Source: Candidatus Terraquivivens ruidianensis (GTDB taxonomy: Archaea; Thermoproteota; Nitrososphaeria_A; Caldarchaeales; Wolframiiraptoraceae). From it: a DNA stretch of 64,000 bases. The stretch spans positions 44,334 to 108,333 of the forward strand of contig JALNLB010000002.1 of NCBI GenBank assembly GCA_023267885.1, read 5' to 3'. The translations under genes were made by a program, and so were the position numbers. The first letter of the stretch is position 1. Each line of letters begins with the position of its first letter. Positions 28,301 through 37,957 of this stretch are shown piece by piece. The notes beneath the pieces are model-generated. The model searched no databases and was not told where the DNA came from. It saw only the letters and a list, made by a program, of their open reading frames with translations.

Positions 28301-29230
28301 TTGAAGGTGGAAAAGGAATTGATAACGCAGGTTCAAAAAGGCGCGTACTTAATAGATACGATGGCGCTAGGTCTTAGGGAATTTGTCGCCGCATACCTTC
28401 TGGTTGATGAGAAGATAGCGTTAATCGATACGGGTTATGCCTCATCCCTCAATGTCATCTTATCCGACATCAGGAGAATAGGTTTAGAACCATCAGGGCT
28501 TGATTACATCGTAGTTACGCACGTTCATCTGGACCATGCTGGCGCTGCTGGCTCATTGGTAAAAAAAGCTACGAACGTAAAGGTACTCGCTCACCCAAAA
28601 AGTGTAAAGCACCTTATCAACCCTGCGAGACTCGTTTCTAGCGTGGAGGAGGTTTATGGCCAGATAGCAGCGGCTTCTTTTGGAAAAACCGAGCCCATCC
28701 CTCCCGAGCGTATATCAGGTGTTGAAGATGGTGTATGCATACCCTTGGGAAATATGCGGCTTAGGTTCGTTCACACACAAGGCCACGCACCCCATCACCT
28801 TTGCGTTTACGAAGAGACCAACGCTCTCCTATTTACGGGCGATTCTGTCTCAGGAACCTATCCAGACTTTCCCGTATTCGTGCCACCTTCCGTCCCACCA
28901 AGCTTCGATTTCCTTGGTTCGGTTAACGACCTTAGGCGTTTGATGGAGCTGGAGCCAAGGCTTTTGATGACGTCGCACTTCGGCGTTAGGCAGGCATCGA
29001 GGAGTATCCTCGAAAAGGAAATCTTCTTGCTGAATTGGTGGAGAGATTTAATTTCTTTTGAAAAGGAAAAGGGTGGCGACGTTGAGTCGATTACCGATAC
29101 GGCCTGCGAGGCTTTAGCTAAAAGGTTCGGCGTAAACGTGAAGGAAGTACCGGGCTATGTGAGGTTGAACATAAAGTTGGCAGTCAAAGGTATGCTGGAG
29201 TATTTGGATAGGTTGGCTACTCAAGGCTGA
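28301..29230 (+). CDS. MBL-fold metallo-hydrolase
   Basis: THVHLDHAG metal motif and HTQGHAPHH. The start is probably TTG 28301 or GTG 28307, because the upstream part of the ORF-track frame overlaps mdh. Confidence 0.75.
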   Translation: MKVEKELITQVQKGAYLIDTMALGLREFVAAYLLVDEKIALIDTGYASSLNVILSDIRRIGLEPSGLDYIVVTHVHLDHAGAAGSLVKKATNVKVLAHPKSVKHLINPARLVSSVEEVYGQIAAASFGKTEPIPPERISGVEDGVCIPLGNMRLRFVHTQGHAPHHLCVYEETNALLFTGDSVSGTYPDFPVFVPPSVPPSFDFLGSVNDLRRLMELEPRLLMTSHFGVRQASRSILEKEIFLLNWWRDLISFEKEKGGDVESITDTACEALAKRFGVNVKEVPGYVRLNIKLAVKGMLEYLDRLATQG

Positions 29231-30017
29231 GTATCTTGATGTCGCCTTCCTTCAAAAGGGCAGCGGCGGGCCTTATCCCATAGTACCTGCAGGAGAAGAG
29301 CGAGAGTAGCTTATTCCTGAACATGAGCCTGAACCCTTCGGGCTGGGGCTCATGCGCCCTTACGAGCGTAGTTAGCCCATTCTTCCTCAAGAAATTCTCC
29401 AAAACAGACGCGCCGAAAAACCTTATGCCCGGACCTCTGTAGCTAGGAGCAAAGGACTCGACGCTCTCGTCTGGGTCGTTCCATAGTACTTGAACGTATA
29501 TGGGGTTTGTAGGGTCGTCATCGCCTTTGGGCAGTACCCTCAGCTGCTCTACGCTTTCCAAGCCCTCGGCTATACCTCCATGGAGGCACAGAATTTTTCC
29601 GTTGAGTAGCGTGCAAACTGGCATGTTAGAGAAGGCCTCGACGAAAAGTTCGTAGAGAGCTTGCGAGTACCTACTGAGCACTACGTCGTAGAATCCGTAG
29701 TATAGGTTAATGCTCCTTGACTCGTGGTTTCCCCTTAGTAAGACGAGTTTGGATGGGTTCTCCACCTTTGCGCTCAGTAGCATGGATATGCTTTCAAGCT
29801 GGTGAGGACCCCTGTCAACGTAGTCTCCTAAAAAAATTGAGGTTCTTACCTGACCGGATAGCTCCAGCGCCTTGACGACCGATTCCTTGTCACCATGCAC
29901 GTCACCCACGATGATGCACTCGCCCTCAACTTCTAACACTTGGGGTTCGCTCTCGAATATCTCTGATGCTCTCTTGACGAGTCTCATAAGTTCCCTTTCG
30001 TCGAGTAGCCCGCCCAT
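29217..30017 (-). CDS. PPP-family Ser/Thr protein phosphatase (metallophosphoesterase)
   Basis: GDVHGD, GDYVDRG and GNHE signature motifs. The start is taken at ATG 30017, 17 nt after the sucD stop. Confidence 0.85.
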   Translation of the reverse strand: MGGLLDERELMRLVKRASEIFESEPQVLEVEGECIIVGDVHGDKESVVKALELSGQVRTSIFLGDYVDRGPHQLESISMLLSAKVENPSKLVLLRGNHESRSINLYYGFYDVVLSRYSQALYELFVEAFSNMPVCTLLNGKILCLHGGIAEGLESVEQLRVLPKGDDDPTNPIYVQVLWNDPDESVESFAPSYRGPGIRFFGASVLENFLRKNGLTTLVRAHEPQPEGFRLMFRNKLLSLFSCRYYGIRPAAALLKEGDIKILSLE

Positions 30018-30034
30018 TCCGCAACCTTTAAGCC

Positions 30035-30916
30035 CTAACCTATCCTCAACGCGCCCTTCAGCAATTTTACGACCTCTGCCGGCGTGGAGGCAACCTTTAC
30101 GCCGCACGCCTCAAAGGCCCTTATCTTGCTCTCGGCGTCACCAGCGCCCATAGAGATTATCGCGCCCGCATGTCCCATCCTCTTTCCCGGCGGCGCAGTC
30201 CTGCCCGCGACAAATGCCACGACTGGTTTCTCGTAGCTACACCTCTTTATGTACTCGGCGGCCCTTTCCTCCATGTCACCGCCTATCTCGCCTATGAGTA
30301 CGACTGCTTTGGTCTCATCGTCTTCCCTGAACATCTCCAGCATGTCAATCATATTCATACCAGTGATTGGGTCGCCGCCGATGCCGACTGCTGTTGACTG
30401 GCCTAGCCCCGCCTTAGTTATAGCATGGGCCACTTCGTACGTCAAAGTACCACTCCTTGACGCTATCCCAACCTTACCCTTGGAGAACACATGGCCGGGC
30501 ATTATGCCGACCTTTGACTCTCCCGGCGATATCACGCCCGGACAGTTGGGGCCGACTATGCAGACGCCCCTTAGCCTTGCGTACCTTATGAACTTCATGG
30601 AGTCGTGGATCGGTATGTGCTCCGTTATGAGCACCACAACCTCTATTCCTGCATCCACAGCTTCGTAAATCGCATCCGAGGCGAAAGCCGACGGTACGAA
30701 TATGATTGAGGTATTAAGCTCGGGATGCTTGCTCACGGCGTCGTAGACCGAGTCGTAGACTGGGACGCCGTGGACGTTCTGGCCACCCTTTCCAGGGGTG
30801 ACGCCGGCCAGCACCTTCGTACCGTAGTCCAGCATCGCCTTCGTGTGGAAGCTACCTTCCCTTCCAGTTATGCCCTGAACTACGACGTATGTATTCTTGT
30901 TTACCAGCACGGCCAT
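30035..30916 (-). CDS. sucD: Succinyl-CoA synthetase alpha subunit
   Basis: [13 protein letters not shown] and the phosphohistidine loop MGHAGAII. Confidence 0.95.
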   Translation of the reverse strand: MAVLVNKNTYVVVQGITGREGSFHTKAMLDYGTKVLAGVTPGKGGQNVHGVPVYDSVYDAVSKHPELNTSIIFVPSAFASDAIYEAVDAGIEVVVLITEHIPIHDSMKFIRYARLRGVCIVGPNCPGVISPGESKVGIMPGHVFSKGKVGIASRSGTLTYEVAHAITKAGLGQSTAVGIGGDPITGMNMIDMLEMFREDDETKAVVLIGEIGGDMEERAAEYIKRCSYEKPVVAFVAGRTAPPGKRMGHAGAIISMGAGDAESKIRAFEACGVKVASTPAEVVKLLKGALRIG

Positions 30917-30918
30917 CC

Positions 30919-32052
30919 CTACATCACCTTCGCAAGCTCGACGGCCTTCTTGGCCGCATCCTCCATGGAATCGAATGCGGATATGCCAGCGCTACTTAGT
31001 ATCCTCTTTCCTTCCTCCTCGTTAGTTCCCATAAGCCTCACGACCAATCTCTTACCCTTACCGTAAGTTGCTAGAGCGTTCACGAGACCCTTGGCGACCT
31101 CATCGCACCTCGTTATCCCGCCTAGGACGTTGACAAACAGGACCTTCACGTTCGGGTGCTTTAAAAGTAAGGACGCGGCCTTCTCCACGATGTCGGCCCT
31201 AGCACCGCCGCCTATGTCCAAGAAGTTGGCCGGCCTTCCGCCGTATAGCTTAACGACGTCCATCGTCGCCATGGTCAGACCTGCACCGTTTCCGATTATG
31301 CCAATGTCACCATCGAGCTCGACGTAGCTAAAGCCATGCTTCTTCGCCTCTGCCTCGAATTCGCTCAATTCTGCGGATGCGCGTTCAGCGAACTCCTTCC
31401 TTCTGAATAGAGCGTTATCGTCTATTATGACCTTTGCATCGACCGGGACGAGCTTACCTTCTTTGTCCACCGCCAAGGGGTTTATCTCTGCAAGCTCGCA
31501 GTCAAGCTCCACGAATAGCTTGTAGAGGTTCAGGGTAATGTCTTGGAGCACTTTCTTCTGCTCATCGAAGAGACCCATGGACTCGACTATCCTCCTAACG
31601 TGATGGGCTTTTAAACCTACCAGCGGGTCCACGTATACTTTCACGATCTTCTCCGGAGATTTGGCCGCAAGTTCCTCGATGTCTATGCCTCCCTCCGAGG
31701 ACGACAGTATCGATGCCGCACCGACCGACCTGTCTACTACGATGCTAAGGTAAAGCTCCCTCTCTATGTCCACGGCTCTGCTTACAAGCAAAGAGTTTAC
31801 CTTCTCGCCCTTTATCTCCATGCCCAGTAGCTTCTTAGCAAGCTCGTATGCTTCTTGCGGGCTTTCGGCGAATTTTATGCCTCCTGCCTTACCCCTTCCT
31901 GCCACCAGCACCTGTGCCTTTAGGACGGCTTTGCCACCTAGTTTCTGGGCGATGTTCTTTGCGTCTTCCGGCGTTCTGGCTAAACCAAACTCCGGTACTG
32001 GGATGTTGTACAAGGAGAAGAGCTGCTTTGCCTCGTATTCGTATAGCTTCAA
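30919..32052 (-). CDS. sucC: Succinyl-CoA synthetase beta subunit
   Basis: [15 protein letters not shown]-grasp N-terminus, then [12 protein letters not shown] and [15 protein letters not shown]. Confidence 0.95.
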   Translation of the reverse strand: MKLYEYEAKQLFSLYNIPVPEFGLARTPEDAKNIAQKLGGKAVLKAQVLVAGRGKAGGIKFAESPQEAYELAKKLLGMEIKGEKVNSLLVSRAVDIERELYLSIVVDRSVGAASILSSSEGGIDIEELAAKSPEKIVKVYVDPLVGLKAHHVRRIVESMGLFDEQKKVLQDITLNLYKLFVELDCELAEINPLAVDKEGKLVPVDAKVIIDDNALFRRKEFAERASAELSEFEAEAKKHGFSYVELDGDIGIIGNGAGLTMATMDVVKLYGGRPANFLDIGGGARADIVEKAASLLLKHPNVKVLFVNVLGGITRCDEVAKGLVNALATYGKGKRLVVRLMGTNEEEGKRILSSAGISAFDSMEDAAKKAVELAKVM

Positions 32053-32165
32053 CTTTTCTCACCATGCCATCCATAAGGGACGGTATAAACGTTATTTTTT
32101 AATGAATTTCTTTGAAATATGTCGCATTTTTGACGTAGTACTTATGGGGCGTGGAACGACCAAAG

Positions 32166-32173
32166 TTTAAAAA
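32166..32173 (+). promoter_or_regulatory. TATA box for the DUF424 gene
   Basis: TTTAAAAA is centred about 34 nt upstream of ATG 32204, which predicts a leader of about 8 nt. Confidence 0.45.
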
Positions 32174-32203
32174 CCATACGATACACCTTTCTAGCGGAAT
32201 CTA

Positions 32204-32515
32204 ATGAGCGAGTGGGGGAGGTTCTGGGTCAAGCTGCATTATTCCAGAACTGGCGAAGTAGTCGTGGCAGTCTGCGACGAGGAGCTTCTCGGTAAGAGAA
32301 TAATTACGGACAAGGGTTTCGAGATAAAAGTTGACAACTCGTTTTACGGTGGTGTTCTGGTCGAGGGTGAGAGAGTTATCCATTACATAGAGCAGGCTAC
32401 GATAGTAAACCTTTTGGGCGATAGGATTGTCGGCATGTTGATGAGTAAGGGGCTCATTCGTGAAGGGTCTGCGCTCAGAGTCGGCGGCATAATGCACGTG
32501 CAAATGTTCTACTAA
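32204..32515 (+). CDS. DUF424-family archaeal protein
   Basis: VVVAVCDEELLGK..FYGG..ATIVNLLGDRIV matches my recollection of the conserved DUF424 pattern. It is preferred over the antisense ORF 32201-32554. Confidence 0.8.
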   Translation: MSEWGRFWVKLHYSRTGEVVVAVCDEELLGKRIITDKGFEIKVDNSFYGGVLVEGERVIHYIEQATIVNLLGDRIVGMLMSKGLIREGSALRVGGIMHVQMFY

Positions 32516-32559
32516 AGACCAGATACTCATCGCACCCATTATTCTATACAGCACGTATG

Positions 32560-33774
32560 CTAGCTTAGCTGCCTCTTTACGGCCTCCTCCACTTCCCTTA
32601 TGGACATGCCGGTTTCTCGTGCTATCATCCTGAGGTCCTCGAACTCCGGCTTCAAGACCAAGGGCTCGCCCCTACGAAGAAACGGCCTCTTAACCCTCAC
32701 CTTAAAAGTTCTGCCGGCTACACGCACCTCAACCAAAGATTCTTCTCTCGTAGCCACAAACCTTCTAACGGTGTAGAACCTAACGCCTAGCGTGCCGAGC
32801 TCCTTCATTAGTATGTGCGTAAATTCTGTTTCGCGACCCTTCTTGGCCAGAACCCTGACCACGCTGGTAGGCCTGCCCTTCTTGCCGATTGCTGGTACGA
32901 TGCTCACGTCCAAAGCGCCCTCGGATAGCAGCCTCTCTACGGCGTAAGCAAGCGATTCACCAGAAACATCATCGACGTTCGTCTCGAGCATGGTTATTTC
33001 CTCTACGTCTCCGTAAACATCCTGTTCTTGACCAATCAAGACACGCAACACGGATAAGCTCCCACCGTGCAGCATCGAGCCCGCTCCATAACCTATTCTT
33101 TCCACACTCATCGAGGGGTAAAACTGGACAGTCCTGTTTGACATGGAGGCCAAGAGCGCTACGCCGGTAGGTGTGGCCAACTCGCCCTCGACTGGGCCAC
33201 CACTGAAAGGAATCCCAGAAGTCCTGAGGAGCTCTAAGGTAACTGGAGCAGGTATCGGGAAAACTCCATGGGACGACCTCAAGACTCCGCCACCTACGGC
33301 CACCCTAGTCGTTACTATCTTTTCCCTGCTCAAGCCAAGAGAATCTAAGGCCGCTGCCACGCCCACGATGTCCGCTACTGTGTCTGCCACTCCAAGCTCA
33401 TGGAGATGTACGGATTCAAGAGGCTCGCCGTGGACGTTAGCCTCGGCCCTTGCTAGGAGGTCTATGGCGTTGATGGCGACAGTGGTAGCATCCTTGGACA
33501 TCCCCAAGCTGAATACGCAGTTCTTAACGGCATCGAGCAATATGATGGCTGGCCTCGAAATAGCGGCATCCTCTACCTCAACCTTAACCCCTCTCGCCCT
33601 TAACTCATCAACGTACACTTCTTCTGACCTGAACGTTATCTTCTTGCAGCCGTCTAGGAATTTGGGAATGCTCTCGATGGCATGCTTGACAACCTCCTCG
33701 TCCGCACCAGCATCCAGCAAAGCGGCTAGGAGCATATCACCAGATACGCCGGAAACTGAGCAGTCAACGAGCAT
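32560..33774 (-). CDS. larC: LarC-family nickel insertion protein (DUF111)
   Basis: N-terminal DCSVSGVSGDMLLAALLDAGAD and a length of about 400 aa. The start is taken at ATG 33774, and the upstream part of the ORF-track frame is occupied by the small Cys-rich ORF. Confidence 0.82.
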   Translation of the reverse strand: MLVDCSVSGVSGDMLLAALLDAGADEEVVKHAIESIPKFLDGCKKITFRSEEVYVDELRARGVKVEVEDAAISRPAIILLDAVKNCVFSLGMSKDATTVAINAIDLLARAEANVHGEPLESVHLHELGVADTVADIVGVAAALDSLGLSREKIVTTRVAVGGGVLRSSHGVFPIPAPVTLELLRTSGIPFSGGPVEGELATPTGVALLASMSNRTVQFYPSMSVERIGYGAGSMLHGGSLSVLRVLIGQEQDVYGDVEEITMLETNVDDVSGESLAYAVERLLSEGALDVSIVPAIGKKGRPTSVVRVLAKKGRETEFTHILMKELGTLGVRFYTVRRFVATREESLVEVRVAGRTFKVRVKRPFLRRGEPLVLKPEFEDLRMIARETGMSIREVEEAVKRQLS

Positions 33775-33788
33775 GAGCTTCAAGGCTC

Positions 33789-33965
33789 TCAACCTTCGAA
33801 CTCTACCGCATTTCTCGTTATCTCGAGGTTGCAGGATTTGTGGTTTCTGCACCAATCCTCGCAACGCTCGGCGATGCTAACTTCGGAATAAACGAGACCA
33901 CACTCTTCGCATATATAGTACGTCCCGATTTTTCCTTTACGCTCAAGCATTACGATTTTTACCAT
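33789..33965 (-). CDS. Small cysteine-rich (putative metal-binding) protein, 58 aa, absent from the ORF track
   Basis: My hand translation gives MVKIVMLERKGKIGTYYICEECGLVYSEVSIAERCEDWCRNHKSCNLEITRNAVEFEG, with the pattern CxxC..CxxxC..H..C. A TATA-like ATTTATTA (33999-33992, minus strand) is centred about 30 nt upstream of the ATG. The stop is 14 nt before the larC ATG. Confidence 0.6.
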   Translation of the reverse strand: MVKIVMLERKGKIGTYYICEECGLVYSEVSIAERCEDWCRNHKSCNLEITRNAVEFEG

Positions 33966-34018
33966 CCATCAACACCGAGCGCCACGCTTACTAATAAATT
34001 TCTATCATGTAGATAATG

Positions 34019-34276
34019 TCATGTATTCTTTAACTTAAAATCGACGATGGCGCCCTCCTCTGTCTCCTCGATGAGAGTTATCTCCGTCTTCAACCCCATC
34101 TCTTCGAAGATTATTCTCAGGTCGTCAAAGTAGTCATAGAAGCCGCAAGACATGCAGAAAGGCCCGGTAAATTCTACTCGGATTACCAAGTTATCGAACG
34201 AGATCAGATTGGCCTTAGCTTCAGGCGCCCTGTATTTGTTAAACTCATCTATGGAATTAAGTATTTTCTCTTTCAC
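34019..34276 (-). CDS. Hypothetical small protein (85 aa)
   Basis: A GTG-start ORF with a palindromic TATA element (34299-34316) upstream. I recognise no family. Confidence 0.5.
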   Translation of the reverse strand: MKEKILNSIDEFNKYRAPEAKANLISFDNLVIRVEFTGPFCMSCGFYDYFDDLRIIFEEMGLKTEITLIEETEEGAIVDFKLKNT

Positions 34277-34327
34277 AGGTATACGTTACATACGGCCTGC
34301 TTTAAAAATTTAAAGCGCGTCCCGCAT

Positions 34328-35344
34328 TCAAGGCTTCAGGAGTATCCTGCCGACCGATTCCTTCTGACGCATCCTTTCCATCGCATCATGAATTTTCTCA
34401 AGTGGATAGACTGTTATGATGGGCTTTAGCTTTCCTTCTGCCGTGAGCCTGAGTGCCTCTTCTAGATCATTCTTTGTTGCGGCTATCGTACCGGCTATAG
34501 AGTTCGCCTTTAGGATTATCAGCCCGAGCGGAACCTCGACAGAAGATACCGTTACGTTACCCACCACGACCATCCTACCGCCCCATGCCAAGCATCTCAG
34601 GCTCTTGCCGAAGGTAGGCTGGCCAACCGCTTCCAGCACTACGTCCACACCATCGCCTCCAGTAAGCTGCTTTACCTCATCGACCATCATATCGTCGGAT
34701 AGTAGGACCTCGTCTGCTCCCGCATCCGATATCCGCTTGACCTTCTCCCTCGAGCTGGTTGCTGCCAATACTCTGCAGCCGAGGACCTTAGCGAGTTGAA
34801 CCGCATGGATTCCTACGCCTCCCCCAGCTCCCGTTATCAGCACGGACTCGCCCTGCTTGACCCTTGCAACGTGTTTGAGGGCACGCAATAGCATACCCGT
34901 TACGCATGCCGCTATCGCCGCTCCCTCGGGCGTGACGCTGTCCGGTACCTTTATCAAGCTCCTCTCATGGGTCTTCACAATATTGGCGAACGAGCCGTTG
35001 ATGTCCTCGCCGAACGTGAGCCTCTGCTTACATAGATTCTCATTTCCGGATTCACAGTATCTACACTTGCCGCAAGGAATGTACGTTAAGGACGCAACCC
35101 TGTCGCCGGGCTTGAAGCCCGTGACACCTTCGCCGATTGCGATTACCTTACCGGCTATCTCGTGGCCCAAGATTATCGGAAGCCTTGTCCTCGGAAAGTA
35201 TCCCTCGACCGTTAGCAAGTCTCTGTAGCAGAGACCGGACATCTCGACCTCCAACAGAACCTCGCCAATGCTCAAAGACCAATCGGGCTCGAAGTCGACG
35301 ATTTCTGGTGGCTCCTTAAATTTCTTGAGAAAAACTGCCCTCAA
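34328..35344 (-). CDS. Zinc-dependent alcohol dehydrogenase (MDR family)
   Basis: Catalytic Zn context GLCYRD and GHEIAGKV, structural Zn motif CGKCRYCESGNENLC, and NAD fingerprint ITGAGGGVG. Confidence 0.85.
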   Translation of the reverse strand: MRAVFLKKFKEPPEIVDFEPDWSLSIGEVLLEVEMSGLCYRDLLTVEGYFPRTRLPIILGHEIAGKVIAIGEGVTGFKPGDRVASLTYIPCGKCRYCESGNENLCKQRLTFGEDINGSFANIVKTHERSLIKVPDSVTPEGAAIAACVTGMLLRALKHVARVKQGESVLITGAGGGVGIHAVQLAKVLGCRVLAATSSREKVKRISDAGADEVLLSDDMMVDEVKQLTGGDGVDVVLEAVGQPTFGKSLRCLAWGGRMVVVGNVTVSSVEVPLGLIILKANSIAGTIAATKNDLEEALRLTAEGKLKPIITVYPLEKIHDAMERMRQKESVGRILLKP

Positions 35345-35431
35345 TGACCATCGAGTAATTTTCTTAACGCGCTCGTATATATGTTGACCGATTATAATGT
35401 ATTTATAGTGGCATCCTACTAAAGTTATGAT

Positions 35432-35812
35432 ATGGAAGAAACGCCTGGCTTGGCGTTCGCTCTCTCATTGGCGGCTGCTGTGCTGCTACTCCTGTTTGGC
35501 TTTGTTAGCCTTGTCGGCTTCACGGCCTGGACAGCCACTCGATGGTGTATGGGTATGATGTGCATGTGGGGCTGGTCGTGGCCGTGGGGTGCGGGATGGT
35601 ATTATATTGTATTAATAAACATCGTGTCTGGAATCGTCGTGCTAATTGGTGCGCTTATGCTGTATTCCAGACCAAAGCAAGCGCACATGTGGGGTACTTT
35701 GGTGCTCGTATTCTCCATAGTCAGCCTAGTCGGCATGGGAGGTTTCATGATAGGTGCCATCCTGGGAATAGTCGGTGGTGCCCTAGCGATAGCTTGGAAG
35801 CCTACCGCCTAG
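35432..35812 (+). CDS. Small integral membrane protein (Trp/Gly-rich loop)
   Basis: Four hydrophobic helix-length segments and the unusual loop MGMMCMWGWSWPWGAGWYY. Confidence 0.6.
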   Translation: MEETPGLAFALSLAAAVLLLLFGFVSLVGFTAWTATRWCMGMMCMWGWSWPWGAGWYYIVLINIVSGIVVLIGALMLYSRPKQAHMWGTLVLVFSIVSLVGMGGFMIGAILGIVGGALAIAWKPTA

Positions 35813-36437
35813 CCGCCTTTCCCAAAAGTTCATAGGCAGCCGCTAAGACGCCATATAAGGCCTTAACCTTATCGTCCGAGCCTGCTATGAGTATGACATC
35901 GTCCTCTGACGGGTTAAAGGAGACCATAATCATCGAGGCAAAACCTGGTTGTTCCTTGCTAAGGTTACTAACGCCTGGCATCAAGAGACATCCTCCTTGC
36001 ATAACGATTGCCATGGCCGCATCGGCGCCTGCCCTCACGGCGGCATCCCTTTCCTCCAGACCTATTTTCAAGAGGCGGGCCATGCCTTTCACCTTCACGC
36101 CGACGCTATAACGGTAGCTCCACGGCAACTTTCCAGTAAGCTCTACGAATTCGCCTATTCTCTTTCTCAGGACCTCGTAAAGCCTCTTACCCTTCTCGGT
36201 TAGGTTACAGCCTGAGCGGCTTACCTTGATTAGGTAGCGCTTCCTAAGCCTGCCAACAATAGTCCTGACGGTGCCCTCGCCCAGCCCAAGCTCCTCAGCG
36301 AACCTTTTCCTGCCCAAGCTACCCTTATCCCCCAAAATAAGGAGTGCCATGATAATGTGCGATGTTGTGAAGGATGGCGATGGGCCCGGTGCTTCTTCTT
36401 TAGCAAGCTGGCTTATCTGTTTGTGAACGCTCAGCAC
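35802..36437 (-). CDS. Winged-helix regulator-like protein (DUF4443-like)
   Basis: N-terminal wHTH GSLGRKRFAEELGLGEGTVRTIVGRLRKRYLI plus a C-terminal domain of unknown function. The start is GTG. TTTAAATA lies on the minus strand at 36476-36469. Confidence 0.6.
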   Translation of the reverse strand: MLSVHKQISQLAKEEAPGPSPSFTTSHIIMALLILGDKGSLGRKRFAEELGLGEGTVRTIVGRLRKRYLIKVSRSGCNLTEKGKRLYEVLRKRIGEFVELTGKLPWSYRYSVGVKVKGMARLLKIGLEERDAAVRAGADAAMAIVMQGGCLLMPGVSNLSKEQPGFASMIMVSFNPSEDDVILIAGSDDKVKALYGVLAAAYELLGKAARR

Positions 36438-36550
36438 GCTAAAGAATTATGCTGACCCTGAATATAGATATTTAAAGCCACTAGTTCTTACGTTCAGACG
36501 GGATTTACTTCGTAACCCCATCCGCTGAAGCATGCATGCGATGCGCATCC

Positions 36551-37468
36551 CTAAGAGGCGTGGCCGAGTACTGTGCTGATCAGTCTTTTTTTATCAAGAG
36601 GCTCGAGGTCGTCCAGTCCTTGTCCGGTGCCGACGAAGATTATAGGCTTCCCCGTCATATAGCTGACGGATATGGCAGAGCCTCCTTTCATGTCGGCGTC
36701 CAGCTTTGCTAAAATGACATAATCTATACCGACGTACTCGTTGAACCTCTTAACCTGCTCGACGACGACGTTGCCTGCGAGCGCATCGCCAACGTATATC
36801 ACCACGTCCGGGTTTGACACCCTCTTAATTTTCCTCATCTCCTCGAGGAGGTTCCTGTCAACCTCGGTCCTGCCGGCCGTGTCTATTAGAACCGTGCTGA
36901 TTTTTGCAGCTTTTGCAGCTTCTATGGCGTCCAAAGCGACGGCTGCAGGGTCTCCGCCATACTTATGGCTTACAACCCTTACCCCAACCCTTTCGGCAAG
37001 GCCCTTCAGCTGCTCGATCGCTCCAGCCCTGTACGTGTCGCTGCATGCTATTATCGAGCTCAGCCCTTTAGACTTTAAGTAGTTTGAAACCTTTACGACA
37101 CTCGTCGTCTTTCCGCCACCGTTCGGACCGACGAAGAGTACGACCGTAGGCTTACCCGAGCTGTAGTTAGACTTAACCAAGTTTATGAAGGAACTGTCCG
37201 GGTCGACCTCTGAGATTACCGAGCTAAGGCTCTCTTCTAAAACCTGCATGACGGCTTCTCTGCGCTCCGAGAATCTCGGAACCTTTATAGTCTTCAGACG
37301 TTCCACAACTTCTGCCGCCAACTTCTCTGCAACATCCACGGCCACGTCGTTGGAAATCAGCTGGAGCTTAAAACTCTCGACATGCTTCTCTATCTCGCTT
37401 TCCGAAAGCGTGGTCGTCTTTATCTTATCCGTAAGACTTGCAAATGCTTTCTTGATGCCCTCTAGCAT
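36551..37468 (-). CDS. ftsY: Signal recognition particle receptor FtsY
   Basis: SRP GTPase motifs GPNGGGKTTS, DTAGR and LAKLDAD. The ATG shares one nucleotide with the pfdA stop at 37468. Confidence 0.95.
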   Translation of the reverse strand: MLEGIKKAFASLTDKIKTTTLSESEIEKHVESFKLQLISNDVAVDVAEKLAAEVVERLKTIKVPRFSERREAVMQVLEESLSSVISEVDPDSSFINLVKSNYSSGKPTVVLFVGPNGGGKTTSVVKVSNYLKSKGLSSIIACSDTYRAGAIEQLKGLAERVGVRVVSHKYGGDPAAVALDAIEAAKAAKISTVLIDTAGRTEVDRNLLEEMRKIKRVSNPDVVIYVGDALAGNVVVEQVKRFNEYVGIDYVILAKLDADMKGGSAISVSYMTGKPIIFVGTGQGLDDLEPLDKKRLISTVLGHAS

Positions 37469-37878
37469 TACTCAGTCCTCGCACTCTCTAAGAGCTTTCT
37501 CAGCTCTGCGGCCCTTGTTAGGTGTTCTTGTAGCCTTTGTATGTACGCTTCCCTCATGCGTATCAGATCATCCTTCCTCTTCAGTATTATCTGGTGGCCC
37601 TCTTCCACGGACTTGGTAACCACAACGCCAGCGCCCACACTCACCTCCATCTTCTCGGTTGAGGTTATAGTGCCGTGGACGAAGTTGCCACCACCTATCG
37701 GTATCAGGACCTCCATGCCGCCTTCAGCCTTCTTCATTTCCTCTATGAGGGATATGGCACTCTCGTGCTCCTTAAGCGCGGCATCAAGCGTCGCTATTCT
37801 GAGCTGGAACTCATTAACTATCTGCTCTATTATCTGAAGTTCCGCGAGCGCCCTAGCGACCTGCTCCTTCGTCGCCAT
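37468..37878 (-). CDS. pfdA: Prefoldin alpha subunit
   Basis: Coiled coil, then two beta hairpins (VLIPIGGGNFVHG..VSVGAGVVV), then coiled coil. GGAGGT lies 8 nt upstream. This is the conserved pfdA-ftsY gene order. Confidence 0.85.
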   Translation of the reverse strand: MATKEQVARALAELQIIEQIVNEFQLRIATLDAALKEHESAISLIEEMKKAEGGMEVLIPIGGGNFVHGTITSTEKMEVSVGAGVVVTKSVEEGHQIILKRKDDLIRMREAYIQRLQEHLTRAAELRKLLESARTE

Positions 37879-37957
37879 CGCTTAGACCTCCAACAACGAC
37901 ACATAATTCGATTTACTCCTTGTTTTTAAATGTGTGCGAGAAGTTTAATCCCCATGG

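Noticed and set aside
32201-32554. A 117-aa minus-strand ORF overlapping the DUF424 gene
   Set aside because: The plus-strand frame matches the conserved DUF424 pattern (AVCDEELLGK, FYGG, NLLGDRIV) and has a correctly placed TATA box. The minus-strand product has no recognisable features.
33143-33880. A 245-aa plus-strand ORF
   Set aside because: It is entirely antisense to larC, has a Ser/Thr/Ala/Pro-rich low-complexity composition and carries no recognisable motifs. This is typical of a shadow ORF opposite a real gene.
34299-34316. The palindrome GCTTTAAA-AA-TTTAAAGC, considered as an operator
   Set aside because: It is essentially a self-complementary TATA element at the right distance from the GTG start at 34276. 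AT-rich palindromes of this kind are expected at archaeal promoters.
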